Shown: one piece after another, positions 1 through 9,586 of the stretch
How the letters are laid out: every line of letters begins with the position of its first letter
Numbering within the stretch: the stretch's first letter is position 1
Assembly (NCBI GenBank): GCA_021808315.1
Contig: JAKBBY010000001.1
Location: 286-64,285 of the forward strand
Origin: Pseudomonadota bacterium
GTDB taxonomy: Bacteria; Pseudomonadota; Alphaproteobacteria; Acetobacterales; Acetobacteraceae
Length of the DNA stretch: 64,000 nucleotides
Direction: 5' to 3'
The notes under the pieces: generated by a model
What the model saw: only the letters and a program-made list of their open reading frames with translations
Told to the model about the DNA's origin: nothing
Databases searched by the model: none
Program-made: the position numbers and the translations under genes

Positions 1-1878
1 GTTGAGGAGCTGGGCGGGAATGATGGCGCGTCCGTTGGTCCAGCGCCCGTCGGGTTCGGCGCGGTGCCAGCCATCGCACAGATCGGGATGATCGAGGGGA
101 ATTTGCTCGCCACCAATATGGAGGGCGGTAATTTTGACGCCAAGCTGGCGCTGGTCGCGCGGATCGGGCGAGAGATGACCGGGGATGGCGCTGCGCGAGA
201 GCAGTGCAATGGAACCATCGGGTTGTGCGCGCAAGCGGAAGGCGGGATCCGTGGTGAGCGCGAGGGATGCGCGGGCGATCAGTTGTGCGCGGATTTTTTC
301 GACCGTGGCGCCGGATTCGTGGAAAGGCGCGCAGCCTTCGCGCTCGCGGAGCGTCTGCGCAAAATCCGGGTGCAGGGCGACGGGGGCGCCGCCATTGCTG
401 AAATTGGCGCGGTTGCCGGTATCCAGATAGGTCTCGCTGGGGGTGCCTTCGGCGTAGATGATGCTGTGGGTATCCAGTTCGATATGGTAGTAATGGATTG
501 ATTTGCGGGATTCCTGGCGGATCGTGGTGCCGTTGATCAGCGCTTTGGCGGGGACGAGCGCGCCATCGAGGTAAAGTGCGTGATCAGGCGAGAGGATCAA
601 ATCGCGACGGGGCACGCCATCCATCAGGGCGCCGGCCTTGATGCGGATTGGGTTGACCGCCTCGGGGCGTGGGTGCCGGGTGGGTTCGATGGCGCGCTGA
701 CCGATCCAGCGGATCGGCGCGGTGCCGCCACCGTGAACCACTAGCTCGTCACCGACGCGGAGTTTTTCCACGGCAATATCGCCCGTGCGCGTCAGAATTC
801 GGGTGCCCGCCGCGAAGCAATTCACGTCAAAGCCCATCAGTGTTAATTCGGTCAGATCGAGCGGGGTCAGGGTGTTGGTCGCGGCACCGGCATACATATA
901 TCCGTTGAACGGGTCGTGGTAGAGATACCTGAAATCAGTGCGCCCTGAAGCGGCGAAGGTCGCCAGCGCCGTCTTGCCGTCATTGAGAGAGAAATAGGGA
1001 CGCTTAGCGTTGCTCGCCAGCGACGCGTTATTGTTGAGCTGTAACACGCCCGGCGCGGTGAACCGGAAGAAATCGATGGCGCTGAACGGATAGGCTGTCA
1101 CCGTCGATGACGTCGCGCTATTAAAGTAGGAGACCGGGCCGCCATTCCTAATGTCCCGCCCCAGCGCATGCGACATCTCATGAAGCACCACGCCGAACAG
1201 ATCGAACTTATCCGACGGGACATTCGAACCTGTGCCGTAATAGAAACCGGCCGACAGGTCGAAGCCCATTTTGCCCACGTACTGGTGGCCGGTCGCGATT
1301 CCCCAGGCCTGCTCCTCCGCATAGGAAACCTGGATGCTGTCATACACGCCGGCCGGCAGGCTGGTCGGATAATATTTGACCGCCGCGGGGTCGTGCAGTT
1401 TCAGTTCATTGATGAACGAGTCGTAGGGCAGCGAATACCAGCCGGCGGAGCCGCCGCCCAAGGGGGCGCCCAGATTGGCGTGCGCTGTGATGGTTACGGT
1501 CACCGGATCATTGATCCGGCTACCGAGATAGTTGGCCGCTTCAAGGATGGTCTGGCGCGCGGCGGCGGGCATCACGGTCTGGTTGCTGTTGGTGGGCGGT
1601 GCGAAATAGACCGCGATTGACATGTGGGTCTGCACGCTGTTGGCGGTTTGCGTGACAGCGGAATATCCCACATTCTGGGGTGAAGGGAGGGTAATGCCGG
1701 TTTCGGACGTCATTGTCGGCAGCGTCGTATCGAAGGGCAGCAGACTGGTCACGGGCGTCAGTGACGGCGTTAGCGCAAGTGAGGCGGTGTGACGTTCCAG
1801 TGTCAGGTCGCGATGGCGTGTGTTATCATTGCGGAGCGAAACGCCCAACGACAGATCATCGATAACCTGGATGCTCAT
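1..1878 (-). CDS. Zinc metalloprotease (HExxH) fused to a C-terminal Hint domain; 3' end beyond window
   Basis: Not in the ORF track; translated by hand from ATG 1878 (MSIQVIDD...), open to position 1. VVLHEMSHALG at ~1160-1191, Hint start CFAAGTRILT at 819, then LILSPDHALY and YYHIELDTH..AEG.PSETYLDTGNR. Confidence 0.85.
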   Translation of the reverse strand, partial: MSIQVIDDLSLGVSLRNDNTRHRDLTLERHTASLALTPSLTPVTSLLPFDTTLPTMTSETGITLPSPQNVGYSAVTQTANSVQTHMSIAVYFAPPTNSNQTVMPAAARQTILEAANYLGSRINDPVTVTITAHANLGAPLGGGSAGWYSLPYDSFINELKLHDPAAVKYYPTSLPAGVYDSIQVSYAEEQAWGIATGHQYVGKMGFDLSAGFYYGTGSNVPSDKFDLFGVVLHEMSHALGRDIRNGGPVSYFNSATSSTVTAYPFSAIDFFRFTAPGVLQLNNNASLASNAKRPYFSLNDGKTALATFAASGRTDFRYLYHDPFNGYMYAGAATNTLTPLDLTELTLMGFDVNCFAAGTRILTRTGDIAVEKLRVGDELVVHGGGTAPIRWIGQRAIEPTRHPRPEAVNPIRIKAGALMDGVPRRDLILSPDHALYLDGALVPAKALINGTTIRQESRKSIHYYHIELDTHSIIYAEGTPSETYLDTGNRANFSNGGAPVALHPDFAQTLREREGCAPFHESGATVEKIRAQLIARASLALTTDPAFRLRAQPDGSIALLSRSAIPGHLSPDPRDQRQLGVKITALHIGGEQIPLDHPDLCDGWHRAEPDGRWTNGRAIIPAQLLN

Positions 1879-1994
1879 GTTTATACCTTTAAATTATAGT
1901 AGCAACGCCAAATGGATGTTAGCATTATAATAATTATTTCGCAACGAGATAAGAAAGCGTTTGACCTTGTGTATGTATAACTGAGGAGTGAACG

Positions 1995-2870
1995 ATGAAG
2001 ATCAAAATTGCGCCGTTTCGTGTCAAGCCAGGGCAGGCGGTCGATTTGCGGGCATGGAGGACGCGTGTCGCGCCGGTTTACCGCTCCAAGTCCGATTATA
2101 AGGCGCAGCTGGAGGATCATATCGCGCGACTCAGTGCGCAGCAGCAAATGTTTTATGCCGATCATCGTTATTCGGTATTGCTGATTTTTCAGGCGATGGA
2201 TGCGGCAGGCAAGGATGGCGCGATCCGGCATGTAATGTCCGGCATTAATCCGCAGGGCTGTCAGGTGTTCAGTTTCAAGCATCCGAGCGCTGAGGAATTG
2301 TCGCATGATTTTCTCTGGCGCACCACGCGCGATCTGCCCGAGCGGGGGCGAATCGGGATTTTTAATCGGTCCTATTATGAGGAAGTTTTGATTGTGCGGG
2401 TGCATCCTGCGCTGCTGCGCGCGGAGGCGGTGACCCATTTATCGGCGGAGGGCGAGGCGTTTTGGGCGGAGCGTTATCGCTCAATCGTGGCGTTGGAGCG
2501 GCATTTGCACGCGAATGGCACGCGCATTGTGAAGTTTTTTCTGCATATTTCCAAAGAGGAGCAGCGCGCGCGATTTTTGGCCCGGATTGATGATCCAGCC
2601 AAGAACTGGAAATTCAGTGAGGCCGATATGGCTGAGCGCGGCTATTGGGATGCCTATCAGCAGGCTTATGGTGCCTGTTTGAGCGCCACCAGCACCCAGG
2701 ATTGCCCTTGGTATGTAGTGCCGGCCGACGACAAGCCGACGGCGCGATTGATTATTTCGCAGATCATTTTGGATTTGTTCGAGGGGTTGGATTTGCGCTA
2801 TCCCGATGTTGGCGAGTCAGGCATGAAAGCGTTGAAAAAGATCAGGAAACGGCTCGCCGCCGAAAAATGA
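1995..2870 (+). CDS. ppk2: Polyphosphate kinase 2 family (polyP:nucleotide phosphotransferase)
   Basis: [10 protein letters not shown] Walker [38 protein letters not shown]; SD GAGGAG upstream. Confidence 0.93.
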   Translation: MKIKIAPFRVKPGQAVDLRAWRTRVAPVYRSKSDYKAQLEDHIARLSAQQQMFYADHRYSVLLIFQAMDAAGKDGAIRHVMSGINPQGCQVFSFKHPSAEELSHDFLWRTTRDLPERGRIGIFNRSYYEEVLIVRVHPALLRAEAVTHLSAEGEAFWAERYRSIVALERHLHANGTRIVKFFLHISKEEQRARFLARIDDPAKNWKFSEADMAERGYWDAYQQAYGACLSATSTQDCPWYVVPADDKPTARLIISQIILDLFEGLDLRYPDVGESGMKALKKIRKRLAAEK

Positions 2871-2879
2871 GCGAAAAAA

Positions 2880-2953
2880 TGCGCCGGGCAGGACTTGAAC
2901 CCGCAACCAAACCGTTATGAGCGGTCCGCTCTGACCAGTTGAGCTACCGGCGC
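2880..2953 (-). tRNA. tRNA with CAT anticodon, probably tRNA-Ile2 (lysidine) rather than Met; CCA not encoded
   Basis: Reverse complement GCGCCGGTAGCTCAACTGGTCAGAGCGGACCGCTCATAACGGTTTGGTTGCGGGTTCAAGTCCTGCCCGGCGCA folds as a cloverleaf with loop CT-CAT-AA and a GTTCAA T-loop. Ile2 identity is inferred from general resemblance to alphaproteobacterial Ile2. Confidence 0.9.
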
Positions 2954-3045
2954 ATCGGGCTCTATTGGAACGGACTGGGGCCGATTGGCAATATCGGGCG
3001 TGCAGAGTAAAAGCCGCGCAGTCGTTGTTCAGGGAGTTTTTTGCG

Positions 3046-3570
3046 ATGGATGTATCGAAACTCGCCGCCGGTAAGGCGCCGCCGTCAGATATTCTGGTGG
3101 TGATCGAAATTCCGCAGGGTTCAGCGGTTAAATATGAGGTCGACAAGGCGAGCGGCGCGATCATGGTTGATCGGTTTTTGTTCACGCCGATGGCCTATCC
3201 TGCGGCGTACGGGTTTGTGCCGGGCACCTTGGCTGATGACGGTGATCCGGCGGACGCGCTGGTGTTGACGCCGGCTTCGGTGGTGCCGGGTGCGGTGATC
3301 CGTGCGCGTCCCATCGGGCTGCTGCGGATGGAGGATGAGGCCGGGCAGGATGAGAAGATTATTTGCGTGCCGCATGATAAAATTCATCCGCAATGGAGCG
3401 AGGTCACTGAGGTGGCGCAGCTACCGGCGATTACGCGCGATGCGATTGAGCATTTTTTCACCCATTACAAAGACTTGGAAAAAGGCAAATGGGTGAAGGT
3501 AACAGGCTGGGAGCCGCGTGCGGCGGCGGAAGCGGCGATTACCGAGAGTATTGCGCGCGCTCATAAATAA
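3046..3570 (+). CDS. ppa: Inorganic pyrophosphatase (family I)
   Basis: [46 protein letters not shown]. Confidence 0.96.
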   Translation: MDVSKLAAGKAPPSDILVVIEIPQGSAVKYEVDKASGAIMVDRFLFTPMAYPAAYGFVPGTLADDGDPADALVLTPASVVPGAVIRARPIGLLRMEDEAGQDEKIICVPHDKIHPQWSEVTEVAQLPAITRDAIEHFFTHYKDLEKGKWVKVTGWEPRAAAEAAITESIARAHK

Positions 3571-3601
3571 GGGTCAAATCCGGCGACGACGGAGAAAAAT
3601 C

Positions 3602-4555
3602 ATGCCGTTACGCCGGATTGAACTGTCTGAATTTCGCCCGATTGGCCGGGGTATTGCCCGGCCTGAGGATGTCGTTGCTCTGCGTGATGGGCGGGTTTAT
3701 GCCTCGCATCACGCGGGCGGCGTGGCGGAGATTGCGCCTGATGGCGGTTTCCGGGTGATTGGCGGCAAGGCCGGGGCGCCCAACGGCATTAATATGGATG
3801 CCGAAGGCCGCATGATCATCGCGAATTTCGGGATTTATGATGAGGTTGCCGGGCCGCTGGAGCGGCTTGATCTGAATACTGGCGTGCGCGAAATTTTGGT
3901 CGATGCGCTTGAGGGCCGAACGCTGACCTCGTGCAATTATCCGGTGATTGATCGGGCGGGGAATATTTGGTGTTCGCATTCCACATTTGCGAAGACCTGG
4001 CCAGAGGCGCTCGACCGGCGGGCCGATGGGTTTATTTTCGTCTATCGGCCTGATGGATCAAGCGCGATTGTTGCGGAAGGATTGCGATTTGCCAACGGCA
4101 TGGCGCTGTCAGCCGATGAGCAATTTCTCTATTGCACCCAAACCTCGAACGCCGATGTGCTGCGGTTTCCGATCTTGCCGGGCGCGACGCTGGGCAAGGC
4201 CGAGCGCTACGGGCCGAAACTGGGCCTGGTGCTTGGGATGAAGGTGAATCCGCGGCTGAAATTACCGAGCGTGATGACGCGTTATCTGGGCTATACTGAT
4301 GGTCTTGGCTTTGATGCGGAGCAGAATTTATGGGTGACATTGCCGGCGGCGCATAAAATTGTGGCGATCACGCCAGCGGGTAAAATCGTTACCATCGCGC
4401 ATGATCCGAGTGGCGCTTTGCTGGGCAGCCCGACCAATATCAGCTGGGGCGGGCCGGATTTACGCACGCTTTATGTGGGCAATTTAGTGACGGATTATGT
4501 GCTCACCGCGCCGAGCCCGGTCGCGGGCCAAAAAATGCTGCATCACCAGAATTAG
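3602..4555 (+). CDS. SMP-30/gluconolactonase/LRE family beta-propeller
   Basis: RPEDV, PNGINMD, FANGMALS, DGLGFDAEQNLWV, PTNISWGG.DL.TLYV. Confidence 0.85.
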   Translation: MPLRRIELSEFRPIGRGIARPEDVVALRDGRVYASHHAGGVAEIAPDGGFRVIGGKAGAPNGINMDAEGRMIIANFGIYDEVAGPLERLDLNTGVREILVDALEGRTLTSCNYPVIDRAGNIWCSHSTFAKTWPEALDRRADGFIFVYRPDGSSAIVAEGLRFANGMALSADEQFLYCTQTSNADVLRFPILPGATLGKAERYGPKLGLVLGMKVNPRLKLPSVMTRYLGYTDGLGFDAEQNLWVTLPAAHKIVAITPAGKIVTIAHDPSGALLGSPTNISWGGPDLRTLYVGNLVTDYVLTAPSPVAGQKMLHHQN

Positions 4556-4558
4556 CGA

Positions 4559-5101
4559 CTAATATTGTTGGTACCAGCCACTTCGGCGCTCTTTCCTGTA
4601 GCGGCGGAGCGGCGCGTTATTGGGGGTGGGGCCGAGGAAGCGGCGATAGGCGCTGATCCAGTCGCGCGCGATCATGGCGCGGGCTTGGTTGAGTGCCAAT
4701 TCATGATGACAGACCATGCGGCCGAGGCGCGCCTCCAGGCGGTCTTTCGCATAAGAGCCCCATTGGTCGGCGCGCAGATGCGGTTCGGGCCAGAGATTGC
4801 GCGGATCGGTAGGCGAGCCGCCGAGATCGAGCGGGATGAGGTGATCTTCCTCATAATGCCAGATTTTCCGATCACGATAGCCATAGGCGCGGATTTGGGC
4901 GCGTTTGAGCCGCTCGGTGTAATGATAGGATGGCCGCACCGAGGCGGTCCAACCGCGTTGGCAGATGGTGTTGGCGATATTATGCGCGGTGACGGTCGGG
5001 TTGATCGCACCCGGCGTGAGATTGCGGTTGGGCAAGGCCGATTGGGCGGCGGCGAGGCCGGGCCATAGCATGATGAGGGTGATGGCGCGCGGCCAGTTCA
5101 T
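4559..5101 (-). CDS. Exported protein with HNH-like motif
   Basis: Signal peptide ending AAAQ; LPN..LTPGA, YEEDHLIPLDLGG....RNLWPEP. Confidence 0.65.
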   Translation of the reverse strand: MNWPRAITLIMLWPGLAAAQSALPNRNLTPGAINPTVTAHNIANTICQRGWTASVRPSYHYTERLKRAQIRAYGYRDRKIWHYEEDHLIPLDLGGSPTDPRNLWPEPHLRADQWGSYAKDRLEARLGRMVCHHELALNQARAMIARDWISAYRRFLGPTPNNAPLRRYRKERRSGWYQQY

Positions 5102-5667
5102 CGGGTGATCAGGCCCGATTCGGTGGCGATGGCGTGCAAAATTTGGTCGCGCGGACCGGTGGGCACCACGGGCACTTCTTGTGCAGCATAGGCGCAGCCG
5201 AGGCGATAGGCGGTTTGGCGGGCTGCGAGGGCGCGGTCGTAATAGCCAGCACCATAGCCGAGCCGGTTGCCGCGCCGGTCGAAAGCGAGGAGCGGGACCA
5301 GGAAGAAATCAGGGGTTATCGGTGGACCGTCCGGATGGGATGTGCCGAAGCGCCCGGCGATCATGATGGCGTCCGGATGCCAGTGTCGGAAAATCAGCAT
5401 CTCGCCGCGCTTGGGCGTTTCCGGCAAAGCGAGGCGGTGGCCGCGCGCGTGCAAGGCGTGGAGCAAGGGGCGCAGGTCGATCTCCTCGCCCATGGGCCAG
5501 AAGCCCGCGATGATTGCGCCTGCGGGTATTTGGACGTGCTCAAGCACGATGGCCGCGAGCCGGGCGCCTGCGTCTGGATGGGGCATCGCTGCACGGCGGG
5601 CGAGGCAGGCGGTGCGGAAGGCGGATTTGACCGCGCGGAGTTCGGTTTCATCAATCGAGGAAGACAT
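5098..5667 (-). CDS. ygfA: 5-formyltetrahydrofolate cyclo-ligase
   Basis: LVPLLAFDRRGNRLGYGAGYYDRAL signature; follows zapA-6S. Confidence 0.93.
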   Translation of the reverse strand: MSSSIDETELRAVKSAFRTACLARRAAMPHPDAGARLAAIVLEHVQIPAGAIIAGFWPMGEEIDLRPLLHALHARGHRLALPETPKRGEMLIFRHWHPDAIMIAGRFGTSHPDGPPITPDFFLVPLLAFDRRGNRLGYGAGYYDRALAARQTAYRLGCAYAAQEVPVVPTGPRDQILHAIATESGLITR

Positions 5668-5734
5668 AAGGCAGGGCTATCACGGATCGCGGTTGGGGCG
5701 CCACGGCTGATGGTGCGATCTGGCTCTGGTTAAA

Positions 5735-5897
5735 GTGCGAAGCCGCCCTGGCCGTTGGCGTTGTCATCCTCCCAAGGCCTGCTGGTGCAGGTGGGCGCCG
5801 GAAATACCGGAACCACGGTTCCGACAGAGCCAGCTCCCTGGGAGATGCTTAGTGGCCCCGGGGATGCGCTTGCCTGACGCACCGGGCAGCCTCGCAC
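5735..5897 (-). ncRNA. ssrS: 6S RNA
   Basis: ~163 nt between zapA and ygfA (known synteny); termini GTGCGAGGCTGCCC and GGGCGGCTTCGCAC pair; internal CCCCGGGGCC, AGGGAGCT and GGCGCCCACC blocks resemble alphaproteobacterial 6S. Confidence 0.88.
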
Positions 5898-5904
5898 CCT
5901 ATAT

Positions 5905-6237
5905 TTAGGGCTCGATCAGGTCCGCCGCAATCTCCTCGGCGCGCGCGGCAGCACGGCGCAGCCGGGCGCGGCGTTCGGCGCCGTCGGGTTCGGGCTTGGT
6001 GGCGGATGCTGTGGAATCTTTCCCGGCGAGGGCGGTTTTGGTGTCGTGCAGCTCATCGGCCAGCAACAGGGCGGCGAGCACCAGTAATCGTGATTCGCCG
6101 GTTTGGCTGCCGAGCGATTTGATACTGGTGATCCGGCGATCAACCTCGGCGGCCATGTCGGTCAGGTGCTGTTCCTGACCGTCCTCGCAACTGACCGGGT
6201 AGGTGAAGCCGTTGATGCGGATGGTGACCTGGGCCAT
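5905..6237 (-). CDS. zapA: Cell division protein ZapA
   Basis: MAQVTIRINGFTYPVSCEDGQEQHL...RLLVLAALLLADEL. Confidence 0.92.
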   Translation of the reverse strand: MAQVTIRINGFTYPVSCEDGQEQHLTDMAAEVDRRITSIKSLGSQTGESRLLVLAALLLADELHDTKTALAGKDSTASATKPEPDGAERRARLRRAAARAEEIAADLIEP

Positions 6238-6238
6238 G

Positions 6239-6472
6239 CTATGGCGCTCCTTCGTCAATGTCCGGTTCGCTGAGGGCGGCGCGCAGCGAGGCGATCACCT
6301 GATCGAGTGTCGCGATGACATGCGGGTTTGCCGCAGCCGCGCCGGGTTGCGCGGGACCGTGTTGGGTTTGGCCATGATGCGCGAAAGCCGGAAGTGCGGC
6401 ACCGATGCGCGCGAGGGCTGTTTCCAGCCGGTTGAGTGTTTCCAATTCGGTTTCAGTGTCCGACATTGACAC
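6239..6472 (-). CDS. Small coiled-coil protein upstream of zapA
   Basis: LNRLETALARI heptads; abuts the zapA start. Confidence 0.65.
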   Translation of the reverse strand: MSMSDTETELETLNRLETALARIGAALPAFAHHGQTQHGPAQPGAAAANPHVIATLDQVIASLRAALSEPDIDEGAP

Positions 6473-6602
6473 AGTATCGGGTATTTTCGGGCTGGTGGGA
6501 AGGTGGGGGTGAGACTGTGGCGAATGATTTGACAGGACAAGATTGTACGACGACGGTGCGCGCGAACGAGCAGAAATGGAATGGGGCGGAGGATGCCAGC
6601 GA

Positions 6603-7271
6603 ATGATGCATGAAATTTACGCCCGATTAGGACCGTATATTGCGGCTTACGGCAGTGCGTTTGTGTTTGTTTTGGTGATGCTTGAAACATTGGGTTTGCC
6701 GTTACCGGGTGAAACGGCGCTGATTTCAGCGGCGATTTATGCGGGCACGACGCATCGGATCGATATTTTTGTGCTGCTATTCAGTGCGGCCGCGGGCGCT
6801 GTGGTGGGAGGTGTGATCGGCTATTGGATTGGCCGGAGCGCGGGGCATCGGCTGTTGCTGCGCTACGGCGCGCGGGTGGGGCTGACCGAGCGGCGGCTGC
6901 GGGCGGGCGAATATTTATTCGCGCATCACGGGGGCAAAATCATTTTTTTTGGCCGGTTTTTTGCCGTGCTGCGGGCGTTCGCGGCGTTGCTAGCCGGGGC
7001 GAATGTGATGCCGTGGCGGCGGTTTTTGGCGGTGCAAATTGCGGCCTGCGCTATGTGGTCGATCATTTATGGCGGGGCGGCTTATGTGTTTGGCAAGGAA
7101 ATCGAGCATCTGGCGGGCCCGGTGACGGCGGTCGTGGTGGTGGTTGCGGTGCTGATTGGGGTCGCGGCGATGCTGCTGGTGCACCGCCATAGCCATCGCT
7201 TAGAGGCGTTGGCGGCGGAACGGGGCGCATCCGAGCGGGGTTCAGCGCGGGTGGATCAGTCGAAACCATGA
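6603..7271 (+). CDS. DedA family membrane protein
   Basis: LETLGLPLPGE, GYWIGR, IFFGRFFAVLRAFA.LLAG. Confidence 0.9.
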   Translation: MMHEIYARLGPYIAAYGSAFVFVLVMLETLGLPLPGETALISAAIYAGTTHRIDIFVLLFSAAAGAVVGGVIGYWIGRSAGHRLLLRYGARVGLTERRLRAGEYLFAHHGGKIIFFGRFFAVLRAFAALLAGANVMPWRRFLAVQIAACAMWSIIYGGAAYVFGKEIEHLAGPVTAVVVVVAVLIGVAAMLLVHRHSHRLEALAAERGASERGSARVDQSKP

Positions 7272-8173
7272 GCGATTTGGCGCTTTTGGGGTTGGGCTAT
7301 TCGGGGCGGGCGATTGCGGCGGCGGCGCATCAAGCGGGGCTGACGATTCTCGCAACGGCGCGGGATGTGCGGCTAAGTTTGGCACCCGATTACGTCGATT
7401 TACGGGATTTTCAGGCCGTGGAGGCACCCTTGGCCCAGGTTTCCGCACTGGTAGTTACGGCGGCGCCGGGTGAGGCGGGTGATCCGGTGCTGGCACGGTA
7501 TCGGCCGGTGATTGCGGCGGCGGTGCAAGCAGGGCGTTTGCGTTGGATTGGCTATTGCTCGACCACCGGCGTTTATGGCGATCGCGGCGGGGCTGCGGTG
7601 GATGAGGCGAGTGATGTCGCGCCGGGGTCGGCGCGGACGCTGCGACGGGTGGCGGCGGAGCGCGATTGGGCAGCGTTTGGCGCGCATTGCGCGGTGGATA
7701 TTGTGCGGCTCGCCGGGATTTACGGGCCGGGACGCTCGGTTTTCGATGATTTGCGCGCAGGCGTGGCGCGCAGGGTTGATAAGCCAGGCCATGTGTTTAG
7801 CCGAATTCATGTGGATGATATTGCGGCGGGGATGATGGCGGCACGGCGCACAGCGGGGCGGGCCGGGGTGCGGGTGTTGAATTTTGCGGATGATGAGCCC
7901 GCGCCGAGTGCGGATGTGGTGGCCCATGCGGCGGCATTGCTGGGGATCAGCCCGCCGCCTTTGGTGCCGTTTGCGCAAGCGGCGGCAATCATGTCGCCCA
8001 TGGCCTTGTCATTTTGGCAGGAGAATCGGCGCGTGTTGAACGCGCGGACCAAAGCGGCGCTGGGGATTGCCTGGCGCTATCCGACCTATCGCGACGGGTT
8101 GGCGGCGATTTTGGCGGCAGAAGCGGCTTCATGCGCGAGGAGCCAGGATTTGCGCGGCAAGCCACCATTATAG
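7268..8173 (+). CDS. Atypical SDR / NAD-dependent epimerase (YeeZ-like)
   Basis: LGLGYSG, YCSTTGVYGD.GG..VDE, RLAGIYGPGR, FSRIHVDDI, YPTYRDGL. Confidence 0.88.
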   Translation: MSDLALLGLGYSGRAIAAAAHQAGLTILATARDVRLSLAPDYVDLRDFQAVEAPLAQVSALVVTAAPGEAGDPVLARYRPVIAAAVQAGRLRWIGYCSTTGVYGDRGGAAVDEASDVAPGSARTLRRVAAERDWAAFGAHCAVDIVRLAGIYGPGRSVFDDLRAGVARRVDKPGHVFSRIHVDDIAAGMMAARRTAGRAGVRVLNFADDEPAPSADVVAHAAALLGISPPPLVPFAQAAAIMSPMALSFWQENRRVLNARTKAALGIAWRYPTYRDGLAAILAAEAASCARSQDLRGKPPL

Positions 8174-8646
8174 CCGGTGAGGCTGCCATTGGCCCCGATG
8201 ATGCGATGACAGGGGATGACCAGGGCGACCGGGTTTGCGCCGATGGCGAGGCCAACGGCGCGGTTGGCGTTCGGCGCGCCGATGGCGCGGGCGATGGCAC
8301 CGTAGGTGGTGGTGGTGCCGGGTTTGATCGCGCTGAGAGCTGACCAGACCCGGCGTTGAAAATCCGTCCCGGCCGGGGCCGCGCTGATCGGGTCCAAGGC
8401 TGTGAGATCGCCATTGAAATAGGCGGTGAGAAATTTTTCTGACGGATTTTCAGCGTTTATTAACGAATAAGGCCGATACGATCTGAGCAGGCGCGCCAGC
8501 GGATTGGCGGGGTGATCGAGCGGTGGGTTGGCAGGGGATAAATACTGGTCTTCGAAATCGAGCACATGGAGGATGTTGTCGTGATGGATCAGGAGCAATA
8601 TGCCGAGGGGTGAGGCCATGCGGCTGATTTTGAGGGTGAGGGTCAT
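8086..8646 (-). CDS. ogt: Methylated-DNA--protein-cysteine methyltransferase
   Basis: GTDFQRRVW, RAVG.A.GANP, active-site IPCHRII. Confidence 0.92.
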   Translation of the reverse strand: MTLTLKISRMASPLGILLLIHHDNILHVLDFEDQYLSPANPPLDHPANPLARLLRSYRPYSLINAENPSEKFLTAYFNGDLTALDPISAAPAGTDFQRRVWSALSAIKPGTTTTYGAIARAIGAPNANRAVGLAIGANPVALVIPCHRIIGANGSLTGYNGGLPRKSWLLAHEAASAAKIAANPSR

Positions 8647-9584
8647 GGTTTGTGATCGCTCGCATCCTCCTCACCCACCAGGGCGCGGGCGAAATCGGTT
8701 GGGTTGAAGGGCCGCAGATCAGCGGCTTGTTCGCCGACGCCAATGGCGTGGACGGGGAGTGACGTGGCTTGGGCGAGCGCCACGACGATACCGGCGCGTG
8801 CCGAGCCATCGAGCTTGGTGACGATCAAGCCGGTGAGATCGACCATGTCTTTGAAGGTTTGCACCTGGGTCAGGGCGTTTTGGCCGGTGGTCGCGTCGAG
8901 CGTGAGGAGGATGGCGTGCGGGGCGGCAGGATCGCGCTTTTTGATCACCCGGATGATTTTGCGCAATTCTTCCATCAGCGCGGCCTTGTTATGCAGGCGG
9001 CCCGCGGTATCGATTAATAAAATATCGGATTTTTCGGCCTGGGCGCGGGCGAGTGCGTCAAAAGTGAGGCCGGCGGGGTCGGCGTCTGGCGCGCCGATGA
9101 TGACGGGGCTTTGGGTGCGTTCGCCCCAGATTTGCAGTTGCTCCACCGCTGCGGCGCGGAATGTGTCACCCGCGACGAGCATCGGGTTTAGCCCGGATTC
9201 GCGGTAGAATTGGGCGAGTTTGCCAATCGTGGTGGTTTTGCCGGTGCCATTCACGCCGACCATCAGGATCACGAAGGGTTTTTTACTCGGATCGATGATC
9301 AGGGGTTGCGCGACCGGGGTGAGAATTTCGGCAATTTCGCCCGCGAGGCTGGCGCGGATTTCGCTCGGGGACACATCTTGACCGAAGCGGGTGCGGCGGA
9401 AGGATTTGATGATCCGGGCGGCGACGGCGGGGCCGAGATCAGCGCCGATCAGCAGTTCTTCGAGCTCTTCGAGGGCGGCATCGTCGAGTTTTCGTTTGGT
9501 GAAGGTGTCGGTGATGCCGGTTGCGAGTTTTTGCGTGCTGCGCGCGAGGCCGGATTTCAGCCGGGCGAGAAAACCGAGTGCCAT
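8643..9584 (-). CDS. ftsY: Signal recognition particle receptor FtsY
   Basis: GVNGTGKTTTIGKLA, DTFRAAA, DTAGR, TKLDG. Confidence 0.97.
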   Translation of the reverse strand: MALGFLARLKSGLARSTQKLATGITDTFTKRKLDDAALEELEELLIGADLGPAVAARIIKSFRRTRFGQDVSPSEIRASLAGEIAEILTPVAQPLIIDPSKKPFVILMVGVNGTGKTTTIGKLAQFYRESGLNPMLVAGDTFRAAAVEQLQIWGERTQSPVIIGAPDADPAGLTFDALARAQAEKSDILLIDTAGRLHNKAALMEELRKIIRVIKKRDPAAPHAILLTLDATTGQNALTQVQTFKDMVDLTGLIVTKLDGSARAGIVVALAQATSLPVHAIGVGEQAADLRPFNPTDFARALVGEEDASDHKP

Positions 9585-9586
9585 GG

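Noticed and set aside
1961-1981. TTGACC...TATAAC as sigma70 promoter for ppk2
   Set aside because: The spacer is only about 9 nt instead of about 17.
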